Positions 8,886 through 15,710 of a stretch of DNA of 40,845 nt are shown in pieces. A program made the translations under genes and the position numbers. The notes beneath the pieces were generated by a model. It made no database searches. It was not told the origin of the DNA and saw only the letters and a program-made list of their open reading frames with translations. The DNA is taken from the IMG/VR virus record IMGVR_UViG_3300032272_000033, positions 1 through 40,845 of that record; one strand, given 5' to 3'. The stretch comes from a virus. Each line of letters starts with the position of its first letter. Position 1 is the stretch's first letter.

Positions 8886-10516
8886 TGCGGTCCCCCATTA
8901 ACTAGTGGGGCAACATTCTTAAAAGCTTGACTCTGGTTCTGTGCTTGTTCACTATCAATCAACCCTTGTTCTTGTTCTGCCCGTGCGGCTCTAGACTCCT
9001 CAGCCTCTTCACGAGACACTAAGAACTTCTCAGGAGCCTCGGTCAGTTCATGAATCGTCTCGATCATACCATCAACATCCAAACGATCAACACCATCTGG
9101 TTTTAGATTAAAGACCAGAGCCATGTTCTCTAGCATCCTGGACATGTTGTTGAGTTGACTAGCTTTTTGAGCTCTAGATATTTGGGTCTTATACTTGATC
9201 CTAAAGTTGGTGTTCTGTAGTTCAGGAGGCAGCTCAGGAAATAAACCTCGGCGTTTGGCTATTCTGTAGGTTCTAATCCAAATAGGAGTGATCCCCTCAG
9301 AAGTCAGCCGCCCCATCATAGGGCTAATTGAGCGCATACGATCCTCACTACGCCGAAAAATCTCAGCCTCTCTCTTCTCAACACCATCATCTGGAAGACG
9401 CAAGATGTCTATGAAGAATATCTTCTGAATCTGCTGTCTCTCTCCATTGATGAGCTCCAGACCAATATCAGGTCTTGCTCCCTGTTGAATAGGCTCAATA
9501 CGATCAGGAGAGCCGGAGCGATAGTAGTTTATGGCGTTCTCTCCCATATTGAGTGGAAGAACAAAACCGTCGTCAGGAGCCTGAACAGCAGGACTCGTAG
9601 CTCTTTGTCCGGCCTTGATAACAGTTTTAGCCATAGCATTAACCATCTTAATATGTGGCATTGCCATCATAGATTGGCTACGACCGTACCACTCATTTGC
9701 AACTTTACGCCAGCGAGGTACAACGTACGGAAAGTCGGTGAAACCGCCTTCGTTGAGTATAATGGCTTCTTGCAAGATTGTATAGACAGAAGTAAAAGCA
9801 AAACCAGCAGAAGGTATAGGCTCCAGTCCGTCAGAAGGCTCAACAGCATGTATAATAGTAAACTGTTTTTCTGGCGTATCTTTATGCTTCTTTTTAAACG
9901 ATGCAGGAATATCATCAGGCCATCTCTCTAGTATCTGTCTATACGATCTGTTAAACTCTCTGTAGACAGTATCAATACGACCGGCATCATTCTCACGTAT
10001 GAAGCACTGACCTAAGTGATAGGTCTTATAGGTAATTGGCTGACCAGGTCTGTCTTCAATAAACATGATGGCCGTGCCAAACGTAGCCAAGTCCAAATAC
10101 ATCTCATTGATGGCATCCTCAAAATTAGTTACTGGAGAGCCGAAGATCATGTCGTACATGACATTCTCAACGTCCTCAAAATACTGACGAACAGCCGGTG
10201 ATGTGTTCAGATCAACATTAAAAGTCTCCATGGCTCCCCATCTCTCAGTAGTGTCTGTGAGAAATGAACCTAGAGCAGAAGCAAACTCTTGAGCAGCAAA
10301 AGGCCCGGTCGTGTCATAGATGTCATTAACTCTTTTACGACCAGGAACATTGGTGGTTATAAAATCGCCACGGTATGGATGCACGTACTTAACGATGTCT
10401 TGATAGATGGATTCCCAGTTAGAACGACGGTTACGCATCTCAGACATATTGTTCTTAATACGAGTAAGAATCCCTTGATGTCGTAAAGAACCTTTTTCAA
10501 TGACTTCAGTTGACAT
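8882..10516 (-). CDS. Portal (head-tail connector) protein, 544 aa
   Basis: Its size, its position after TerL, and the N-terminal pattern RRSNWESIYQDIVKYVHPYRGDF...IYDTTGPFAAQEFASALGSFL are typical of T7 gp8-type connectors. Confidence 0.85.
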   Translation of the reverse strand: MSTEVIEKGSLRHQGILTRIKNNMSEMRNRRSNWESIYQDIVKYVHPYRGDFITTNVPGRKRVNDIYDTTGPFAAQEFASALGSFLTDTTERWGAMETFNVDLNTSPAVRQYFEDVENVMYDMIFGSPVTNFEDAINEMYLDLATFGTAIMFIEDRPGQPITYKTYHLGQCFIRENDAGRIDTVYREFNRSYRQILERWPDDIPASFKKKHKDTPEKQFTIIHAVEPSDGLEPIPSAGFAFTSVYTILQEAIILNEGGFTDFPYVVPRWRKVANEWYGRSQSMMAMPHIKMVNAMAKTVIKAGQRATSPAVQAPDDGFVLPLNMGENAINYYRSGSPDRIEPIQQGARPDIGLELINGERQQIQKIFFIDILRLPDDGVEKREAEIFRRSEDRMRSISPMMGRLTSEGITPIWIRTYRIAKRRGLFPELPPELQNTNFRIKYKTQISRAQKASQLNNMSRMLENMALVFNLKPDGVDRLDVDGMIETIHELTEAPEKFLVSREEAEESRAARAEQEQGLIDSEQAQNQSQAFKNVAPLVNGGPQ

Positions 10517-10528
10517 GGTTAATCCTTG

Positions 10529-10738
10529 TTAGAGGCTAGGAACTATCCCGCCGCGCTTAAGATCTGCTCCAAGCTTATTAACAATTGAGGTTCTTTGTGA
10601 CTTCCTACCATGAGCAGCTGCTTGCTTCTTTCTTGCTTTCAACTGCGTTGCAGCTGTTTGCTTTGCAATATCTGCCTCACTGGGTCCTGTTGGTGAGGCT
10701 GGTGTAACTATTTTAGGTTTACCAAAAATAGATGCCAT
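10529..10738 (-). CDS. Hypothetical basic protein, 69 aa
   Basis: Lys/Arg/Ala-rich ORF between TerL and portal, tightly packed on both sides. Confidence 0.55.
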   Translation of the reverse strand: MASIFGKPKIVTPASPTGPSEADIAKQTAATQLKARKKQAAAHGRKSQRTSIVNKLGADLKRGGIVPSL

Positions 10739-10747
10739 TTTTTCTCC

Positions 10748-12043
10748 TTACATGTCTGATTCATCAATAGCATATTGAGGCATGTTTGCTTTTGATCGTC
10801 GAGCAGTGTTCTTGTGACCCATACACAAAGTGCGCATGGCGTCGGCATAATCACTGGACCAGTCGTGAATTGGTTTACTTTGATAGGTCTGAAGCTTCTC
10901 ATCCCATTGTTTACGATACTCAGACATCGCCCATACTAAGGGTTCTGTGCTTTCATTGTAGTTCCAATAAGTCCGAGGCATGACTCCTCTAACCGCTTCG
11001 ATTCCGTCTTCAATAGGGTCTTTAGGAAGGATTCGGAATCTAATTCCCATGGATAAGGCCGTTTCATATCTGGACTTACCGGTAGAGAAATCTCTAACTC
11101 GCATGTCATGTGGTGCGTAGTGCGTGTCGTAAAAATACGGCTTATCTTTAAGAACTTTAACATAGTGAGCTAGTCCCTCGCCAGAGTTAGCGTAACAATC
11201 AATAATCTTAATGCTATCCTCATGGGATTGAAAGAAGATAATAATTGTCTGATCGTTGACTCCAATATCCCAGGCAGTGTGCACAGGCAAATAAGGATCA
11301 GCAGGATGGTCTCCAATGCGGTTCTCAGCTTTCGCTCTATTCATCTGCTCGGCGTAGTATGCTCCCTTAAGAGGAGAATCAAACGAACAGAAATACTCTT
11401 GGTTGATATCAGCCTCATCCATACCAGAGTCACGCTCTTCTTGGATTTGCTCTTGCGTAACAATATTCGTTTCATTAACTGTAAGTATCTGAGCAAACCA
11501 TTTAGGATTGCGCTGAGCCATCTCAAAGAGCTTATAACCGTGGTTACGACCTCTTGGAGTATATGTAAATATGGCCCAACCACCATTCTCTAAAAGAATA
11601 GGTCGTAGGAGGGTCCAACATCGGGGGTTCATGAGGGGGAACTCACTGAACACAATGCCGGCTGGATTTGCTCCTACAAGTCTATCGGGGTTGTCTCCCC
11701 CAACGACCTGATAAATAGCCTTATTCTTAAAAGTAATCTTCATGTCTGTACTATTTTCAGACTCTGATAAAGCCATTGGAAGATGGTCAACAAAGCGTCG
11801 ACCCGTCTTCGTCATTCCGTCCCATACAATCTTGCGGCCCTGGTTGTAGGTGGGCAGGACGTGCCAGTATAGCGCAGGGCGCTCTAAGATCTGAGTGGCG
11901 ATATAATTAATCGCGGTAAGATCCTTACCAGCACGTCGATGCCATACCCACACACAACGGCCACCACCGTCTGCATTTTCAAGATGTGTCCAGCCAGGGG
12001 TTTGATATTCCCTCGGCTTCCAATTTATGGGAACTTTGTACAT
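10748..12043 (-). CDS. terL: Terminase large subunit, 431 aa
   Basis: Walker A-like WHRRAGKDLT and Walker B-like GIVFSEF. The nuclease half carries HTAWDIGVND and HDWSSDYADAMR, typical of TerL. Confidence 0.9.
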   Translation of the reverse strand: MYKVPINWKPREYQTPGWTHLENADGGGRCVWVWHRRAGKDLTAINYIATQILERPALYWHVLPTYNQGRKIVWDGMTKTGRRFVDHLPMALSESENSTDMKITFKNKAIYQVVGGDNPDRLVGANPAGIVFSEFPLMNPRCWTLLRPILLENGGWAIFTYTPRGRNHGYKLFEMAQRNPKWFAQILTVNETNIVTQEQIQEERDSGMDEADINQEYFCSFDSPLKGAYYAEQMNRAKAENRIGDHPADPYLPVHTAWDIGVNDQTIIIFFQSHEDSIKIIDCYANSGEGLAHYVKVLKDKPYFYDTHYAPHDMRVRDFSTGKSRYETALSMGIRFRILPKDPIEDGIEAVRGVMPRTYWNYNESTEPLVWAMSEYRKQWDEKLQTYQSKPIHDWSSDYADAMRTLCMGHKNTARRSKANMPQYAIDESDM

Positions 12044-12049
12044 GGTGGC

Positions 12050-12247
12050 TTATTCCTCGTCTTCTGTTTCTTCGTCTTCGTCTTCGTCTTCGTTGATCTC
12101 TTCTTCAGAGAATGTTACAGGATCTGGAAGCATCTCTTCAATGGAATCAGCCATAGCATTGATCTGGCGATTGTCCATCATATCAAGACGATTCCACGTT
12201 CTGGTTCTGAGCATGTCAATCAATCGCTCGAGGTCTGTTTGGTTCAT
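12050..12247 (-). CDS. Small protein with poly-acidic C-terminal tail, 65 aa
   Basis: The ORF ends in EEEINEDEDEDEETEDEE, encoded by a cgtctt-type tandem repeat (about 12071-12094). Confidence 0.6.
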   Translation of the reverse strand: MNQTDLERLIDMLRTRTWNRLDMMDNRQINAMADSIEEMLPDPVTFSEEEINEDEDEDEETEDEE

Positions 12248-12297
12248 CTTAAATACCCCTTATATAGAGTGTAAAGTTGTTATCTTTTGTACCTACT

Positions 12298-12624
12298 TTA
12301 TTCCATTTCAGAAATAAACAAACTGCCGGAACCGGACACGTGTATAACGGCAATGTACTTCAAGTCCCGAATAGAAACGCGGTATGCAACGTTAGCCGCA
12401 ATGAGGTGACTAGCACTAGTAGCAACAACAGTCACGTCACCTTGTTGGATATAGCAGTCGACAGTCGCTGTTATTTGAACTACCTGTGTTTCTGGTAAAA
12501 AAGCAGTGCTATTTCTGAGACTGCCAGCGCCGATAGCGACTGTATGACATAAGGAATCTTTAAAGCGAAGAGCATCGATAGGAGCACCTGTCCTATCTCT
12601 TGGAAGAACAGTTTTACCCGACAT
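12298..12624 (-). CDS. Hypothetical protein, 108 aa
   Basis: The ORF overlaps the upstream stop by 11 nt. Beta-rich; no motif recognised. Confidence 0.6.
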   Translation of the reverse strand: MSGKTVLPRDRTGAPIDALRFKDSLCHTVAIGAGSLRNSTAFLPETQVVQITATVDCYIQQGDVTVVATSASHLIAANVAYRVSIRDLKYIAVIHVSGSGSLFISEME

Positions 12625-13147
12625 GTGAATCTCCTTCTGGTTGTTGTGGAGGGTCCGCGGACTCTAAAAATAAAGCAGCCTCAGCTCCGATATCTAACTC
12701 AGTGGCCTTGTCTTCTTTAGAACCGAATTTAAGAACAGCAATACCCCCTGCAAGGACATCATCACTTACTTTATGCTCTACTGATTTCAGCTTAGGTGCA
12801 ATGTATTGGGCCAGTTCTTTAGCTGCGGACATACGAATATCGTCATCAAGAATACTATTCTGCATAACATCAATCATATGCTGAAAAGGATCTGCGTTGT
12901 TCTCTTGCAACTGACGCATGATGTTCTCACGATTGAAATTTACCTTCTTCGGAGCACCACCGCCGTTACCGTTGTTCCCTTTGTTCTTACCTTTGTTTCT
13001 GTTCACAGGAGGCTTTACCACTTCGTCCGGAGTAATTACATTACCTTTGGCGTACTCTGCTTCAAAGTCAAAGTCAGGATCCTGTTTTGCTCTGAAGCGA
13101 TCCATATGATCATCAATAGCACTGTATTCGTCTTTAGGGTGAGACAT
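12614..13147 (-). CDS. terS: Putative terminase small subunit, 177 aa
   Basis: It lies upstream of TerL. It has a basic Gly/Asn/Lys-rich linker and a segment DIRMSAAKELAQYIAPKLKSVEH resembling TerS oligomerisation helices. Confidence 0.45.
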   Translation of the reverse strand: MSHPKDEYSAIDDHMDRFRAKQDPDFDFEAEYAKGNVITPDEVVKPPVNRNKGKNKGNNGNGGGAPKKVNFNRENIMRQLQENNADPFQHMIDVMQNSILDDDIRMSAAKELAQYIAPKLKSVEHKVSDDVLAGGIAVLKFGSKEDKATELDIGAEAALFLESADPPQQPEGDSHVG

Positions 13148-13640
13148 AGTTCATCTCCTTGATCTGTCTAGAATGGTTAACGCCCATGGTGTCGCCCTCT
13201 TCCCAATCGTTCCCCACTGAGGTAGGTTTGACCCCGTTCAGCCAGTGCTGAAATGAAAGGAATGATCCACCGTTCTTTCCAGAGGAGGCGCCATGCTTCT
13301 CGCCCTCTTTTACACGGATGATTAGTCCTGGGTGAGCCATTTGTTCCTGTATGAGATATTTGTTTTTGTAGGAGAATTGCATCCCTGAAAGGTAATACTC
13401 GTAGGAGTCTACATTAGGGTGTACGTGAACCGGAATAGTGGTGAAAGGAGCTACTGTAAAGAGTTGCACCTGAAACTGTCTGTCGCGATGAAGCACCAAT
13501 CCCGTAACACCTTCAACAAAAGCGAGACCCCCTGAACAGGGGTTTAACAATGACCCCGTGATACCGTATTTGCCTTTGATAAAACTAAACATATAGGTCG
13601 TTAGATCATCGTCGTATTCTCTTTTCAGTGCATCAATCAT
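13134..13640 (-). CDS. Cupin-fold metalloprotein, 168 aa (first gene of leftward arm)
   Basis: Both cupin motifs are readable. Motif 1 is IPVHVHPNVDSYEYYLSG (H-x-H-x3-D). Motif 2 is GLIIRVKEGEKHGASS (G-x5-K-x-G-x2-H). Confidence 0.65.
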   Translation of the reverse strand: MIDALKREYDDDLTTYMFSFIKGKYGITGSLLNPCSGGLAFVEGVTGLVLHRDRQFQVQLFTVAPFTTIPVHVHPNVDSYEYYLSGMQFSYKNKYLIQEQMAHPGLIIRVKEGEKHGASSGKNGGSFLSFQHWLNGVKPTSVGNDWEEGDTMGVNHSRQIKEMNYVSP

Positions 13641-13696
13641 GCTAGGCCTTATGGGTGGGTGTATGGGGGCGTACGTGTGTGCATTTAATGTATACT

Positions 13697-13725
13697 ACTA
13701 TAGTGCAAAAGTTCTCAGTTGTAAA
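13697..13725 (-). promoter_or_regulatory. Leftward sigma70-like promoter TTTACA-N17-TATAGT
   Basis: On the minus strand, -35 TTTACA is the complement of 13720-13725 and -10 TATAGT the complement of 13697-13702, with exactly 17 nt between. It lies about 55 nt upstream of the cupin ATG. Confidence 0.55.
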
Positions 13726-13877
13726 CAAAAATGATCACTGATAATGAACATATTGGCTATGGGAGAGTATAGCGGAGCAGGAAGAGTTATCTTTGCAGAT
13801 AAGTCCTCAGAATTCCCCGCGTTATTTTGGGTTGTATAATGCCAGTGAAGGGCGTAAAATAGGCCCCCGGTGGGCCC

Positions 13878-14026
13878 TTTACACGTACTGTAAATGTAAT
13901 AACCGGACTCATGTACATGTACTGTAAATGTAAGACTCAGCACAGATTTACACTAACATGAAGTGTAATCACTCACACATTTACACTGATAGTGCGTGTA
14001 TAGATATAGAGGACTAGATTTACACT
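13878..14026. repeat. Cluster of TTTACA(C/G)-type boxes between the divergent promoters
   Basis: Plus-strand TTTACAC occurs at 13878, 13947, 13980 and 14019 (the last three as ATTTACACT). Two perfect 15-bp copies of GTACTGTAAATGTAA (13885-13899 and 13919-13933) carry the box on the other strand. Confidence 0.75.
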
Positions 14027-14053
14027 GACCGTACACGTGTGCCTAAAAATAAA

Positions 14054-14083
14054 TTGTACAAAATCATTTTTTCGTGATATAAT
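14054..14083 (+). promoter_or_regulatory. Rightward early promoter TTGTAC-N18-TATAAT with TGn extension
   Basis: TTGTAC at 14054-14059, TGA at 14075-14077, TATAAT at 14078-14083. It lies 60 nt upstream of the first plus-strand gene. Confidence 0.65.
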
Positions 14084-14142
14084 GTTCTCATAATACAGAA
14101 ATAAATCTGTATTGATTGACAATCTTAGAGTGGAGAATTATC

Positions 14143-14457
14143 ATGAAAGCATTGAACGAAATGAGTAAAGCAGAGTTGATTGAAGTGATTGAGAACATGA
14201 AAGCGAAGAAAGTGAGAACGACTGTGAGATACAGACGAACAGACCAAGAGATTAATGATAAAGATCTGAATCCACAGAAAAGAGCTATACTGAAAAATCT
14301 CCCCAAAGATGAGTACTTGACCGTCGTGGAGATTGATCAACTCGCGGTCGATAGCGGTGAATTAATAACCGCTCAAGAGCGCGGACGAATCGCTGGATAC
14401 TACAAGCAAAATCTCCTCGAGCTCGGATACATCGAAGCTGAGAAGACTACCAAGTAA
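14143..14457 (+). CDS. Early protein, 104 aa (possible winged-helix DNA binder)
   Basis: ATG 14143 has GGAG at 14132-14135. The ORF-track start at 14116 is a TTG without an SD. The DNA-binding guess rests only on the basic N-terminal half and a helical C-terminal half. Confidence 0.7.
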   Translation: MKALNEMSKAELIEVIENMKAKKVRTTVRYRRTDQEINDKDLNPQKRAILKNLPKDEYLTVVEIDQLAVDSGELITAQERGRIAGYYKQNLLELGYIEAEKTTK

Positions 14458-14470
14458 AGAGACCATGAGT

Positions 14471-14500
14471 CGAGGGCATAGTGCCCTCGGCTTTCTCTTC
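14471..14500 (+). terminator. Possible intrinsic terminator after first early gene
   Basis: Stem cgagggca/tgccctcg (14471-14489), followed by GCTTTCTCTTC. Confidence 0.45.
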
Positions 14501-14521
14501 AACCAACACCAGGAGAATGTC

Positions 14522-14602
14522 ATGAGAGAATTAAGAGGTTTCGCCATTGCAATACCCGTATCCATAGTGTTCTGGGTTGCGATGTACATGCTGTTTAGAT
14601 AG
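14522..14602 (+). CDS. Micro-ORF, 26-aa hydrophobic peptide (MRELRGFAIAIPVSIVFWVAMYMLFR)
   Basis: AGGAG at 14511-14515 lies 6 nt before ATG 14522. The peptide has a single predicted transmembrane stretch. It is below the ORF-track length cut-off. Confidence 0.5.
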   Translation: MRELRGFAIAIPVSIVFWVAMYMLFR

Positions 14603-14632
14603 CTGCAGACTGCAGAGTGCACATAACCTTAA
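14602..14632 (+). promoter_or_regulatory. Conserved early intergenic element, copy 1
   Basis: GCTGCAGACTGCAGAGTGCACATAACCTTAA lies directly after a stop codon and directly before an SD. Confidence 0.7.
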
Positions 14633-14647
14633 GAGTGGAGATATACC

Positions 14648-14851
14648 ATGAAAGCAAAAGTCGGAATAGCCAGAGGCAGTATTGACGCTGGTAACTACTA
14701 TGTAATAAAGCTGGAGGTGCCTGGTATGGAGACCACCAAAGGCGATGGCTTTGATATAAGGCTAGCGCAGAGTACGTACAGTCGATTGACAGATGCGGGA
14801 GTCAATATCCGAGAGGTATTGCAAAATCTAATTGATGGTCAGTTCAAATAA
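14648..14851 (+). CDS. Early hypothetical protein, 67 aa
   Basis: ATG preceded by AGAGTGGAGAT. Compact ORF. Confidence 0.75.
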   Translation: MKAKVGIARGSIDAGNYYVIKLEVPGMETTKGDGFDIRLAQSTYSRLTDAGVNIREVLQNLIDGQFK

Positions 14852-14852
14852 G

Positions 14853-14882
14853 CTGCTACCGCAGAATGCACATAACCTTAAT
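14853..14882 (+). promoter_or_regulatory. Conserved early intergenic element, copy 2
   Basis: GCTGCTACCGCAGAATGCACATAACCTTAA, in the same position relative to the stop and SD as copy 1. Confidence 0.7.
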
Positions 14883-14895
14883 AGGAGATAGTTCT

Positions 14896-15084
14896 ATGCT
14901 TATATCAACGAAAGAAGCGCTCAAGCGCATTAGCGCAGAAGTAATTGAACTTAACAAGAGTGAAGATAGTGATGGACTGACTGAGATCCTCGGTGTAACC
15001 ACTGGGCGCGGTTGGACTATCAGCACAATGCAAGACTTTGAAGACATGGTCACAGACCTGTATAACATGAGCGAGTGCAACTAG
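14896..15084 (+). CDS. Early hypothetical protein, 62 aa
   Basis: ATG 14896 is preceded by TAGGAGAT (14883-14890). The ORF-track start at 14866 lies inside the conserved element and has no SD. Confidence 0.7.
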   Translation: MLISTKEALKRISAEVIELNKSEDSDGLTEILGVTTGRGWTISTMQDFEDMVTDLYNMSECN

Positions 15085-15109
15085 GCTGCTCCCGCAGAGT
15101 GCGCATACC
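15085..15109 (+). promoter_or_regulatory. Conserved early intergenic element, copy 3 (diverged 3' half)
   Basis: GCTGCTCCCGCAGAGTGCGCATACC lies directly after the stop at 15084. No gene follows it. Confidence 0.6.
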
Positions 15110-15138
15110 GGGTCGGGATAAATTGAGTCCCGGCCTGG
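15108..15138 (+). other. Stable GC-rich hairpin without U-tract
   Basis: ccgggtcggga (15108-15118) pairs with tcccggcctgg (15128-15138), giving 11 bp including two G-T pairs and a 9-nt loop. Confidence 0.5.
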
Positions 15139-15152
15139 AATGTGCACATAAC
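15138..15152 (+). promoter_or_regulatory. Partial fourth copy of the conserved element core (GAATGTGCACATAAC)
   Basis: This is the third exact occurrence of the 10-mer TGCACATAAC (14618, 14868, 15143). Confidence 0.5.
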
Positions 15153-15310
15153 TGAACGGGGCTAGTGAACAGGGGTTTACATTGTGTGTGCTCGGGGTAG
15201 GATGCGGTGGACAAAGTGCATGGTTAGTGATTGATGAGTGGCATTACTAACTGAAGGGTCCATATTTCCAATGAAATGGACAAGGATTAAAGACTGGGGT
15301 TGATATTGGT

Positions 15311-15342
15311 ATATACAAAAAATTTAAAAAATTTTATTTATT
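15311..15342. other. Nearly pure A/T tract (candidate DNA-unwinding element)
   Basis: atatacaaaaaatttaaaaaattttatttatt contains a single C in 32 nt. Confidence 0.5.
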
Positions 15343-15370
15343 CCCCTGTAATTATTCAATCCTCTCAATA

Positions 15371-15710
15371 GCGATGTCCATATATTGCCTTTATTGCTCG
15401 TAAGTCATTGTATTATATACCCAAGCTCGCGTCCTGTAGATAATGACTTGTCTGTCCTGTAAAATAAAACGCAGGACGACTGCAACTGTATTTGTCCGTA
15501 AGCCCTTGTATTATATACCCTACGCCGCGTCCTCTAAATATGTGCAGATTTGTCCTGTAATTTCACCAGGTGTGAGTATCGTGTACATTTATACTAACAA
15601 TTTAGGGTACATCATGAAAATACGGTTAGGCGCAGTCCTCTATTATCAATCCACGTCCTCTAAAGGCGCGCCTCTGTCCTATAAAAAAATACGGAAGGAC
15701 GACCGTATCT
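15371..15710. repeat. Iteron array GTCC(T/A/G)nTA x9 plus two inverted AGGACGAC, including a degenerate ~98-bp tandem duplication; candidate replication origin
   Basis: Direct copies start at 15376, 15431, 15454, 15494, 15529, 15552, 15635, 15655 and 15676. Inverted copies are at 15473-15480 and 15696-15703. The perfect 15-mer TTGTATTATATACCC occurs at 15408 and 15506, each followed by GCGTCCTnTAnATA. Confidence 0.7.

Noticed and set aside
13861-13878. GC-rich hairpin (ggccc-ccggt-gggcc) as a terminator
   Set aside because: The stem is only about 5 bp. On neither strand is there an upstream gene whose transcript it would end, because it sits between the divergent promoters. It is more likely part of the regulator-binding region.
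13698-13943. 81-aa minus-strand ORF in the control region
   Set aside because: It has a GTG start with no SD. It spans the TTTACA-box repeats and the leftward promoter itself, and has an odd His/Tyr/Thr-rich composition.
14116-14144. Perfect TTGACA-N17-TATCAT promoter-like match
   Set aside because: Its -10 overlaps the ATG of the first early gene (14143), and its spacer is the gene's SD. A start about 14151 would skip the start codon and leave no SD for the next in-frame ATG. It is probably a coincidence of the TTG...GGAG...ATCATG context, though a transcription start map could revive it.
14602-14882. Single-subunit (T7/T3/SP6-type) RNA polymerase promoters, suggested by ...CATAACCTTAAGAGTGGAGA
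   Set aside because: No ORF in the genome carries single-subunit RNAP motifs. I looked for D-x2-GSCSG-type, R-x3-K-x7-YG and HDS signatures in all ORFs over 400 aa. The three large minus-strand proteins look like ejection proteins. The resemblance is kept only as a remark in a finding.
14602-15109. Sigma54 (-24 GG / -12 GC) reading of the conserved element
   Set aside because: Copy 2 has no GG dinucleotide at the required position, and the GG-N10-GC spacing is not met in any copy.
15371-15710. CRISPR array
   Set aside because: The repeats are only about 8 bp with irregular 20-83 bp spacing. There is no 25-40 bp repeat unit, no leader, and no cas genes.
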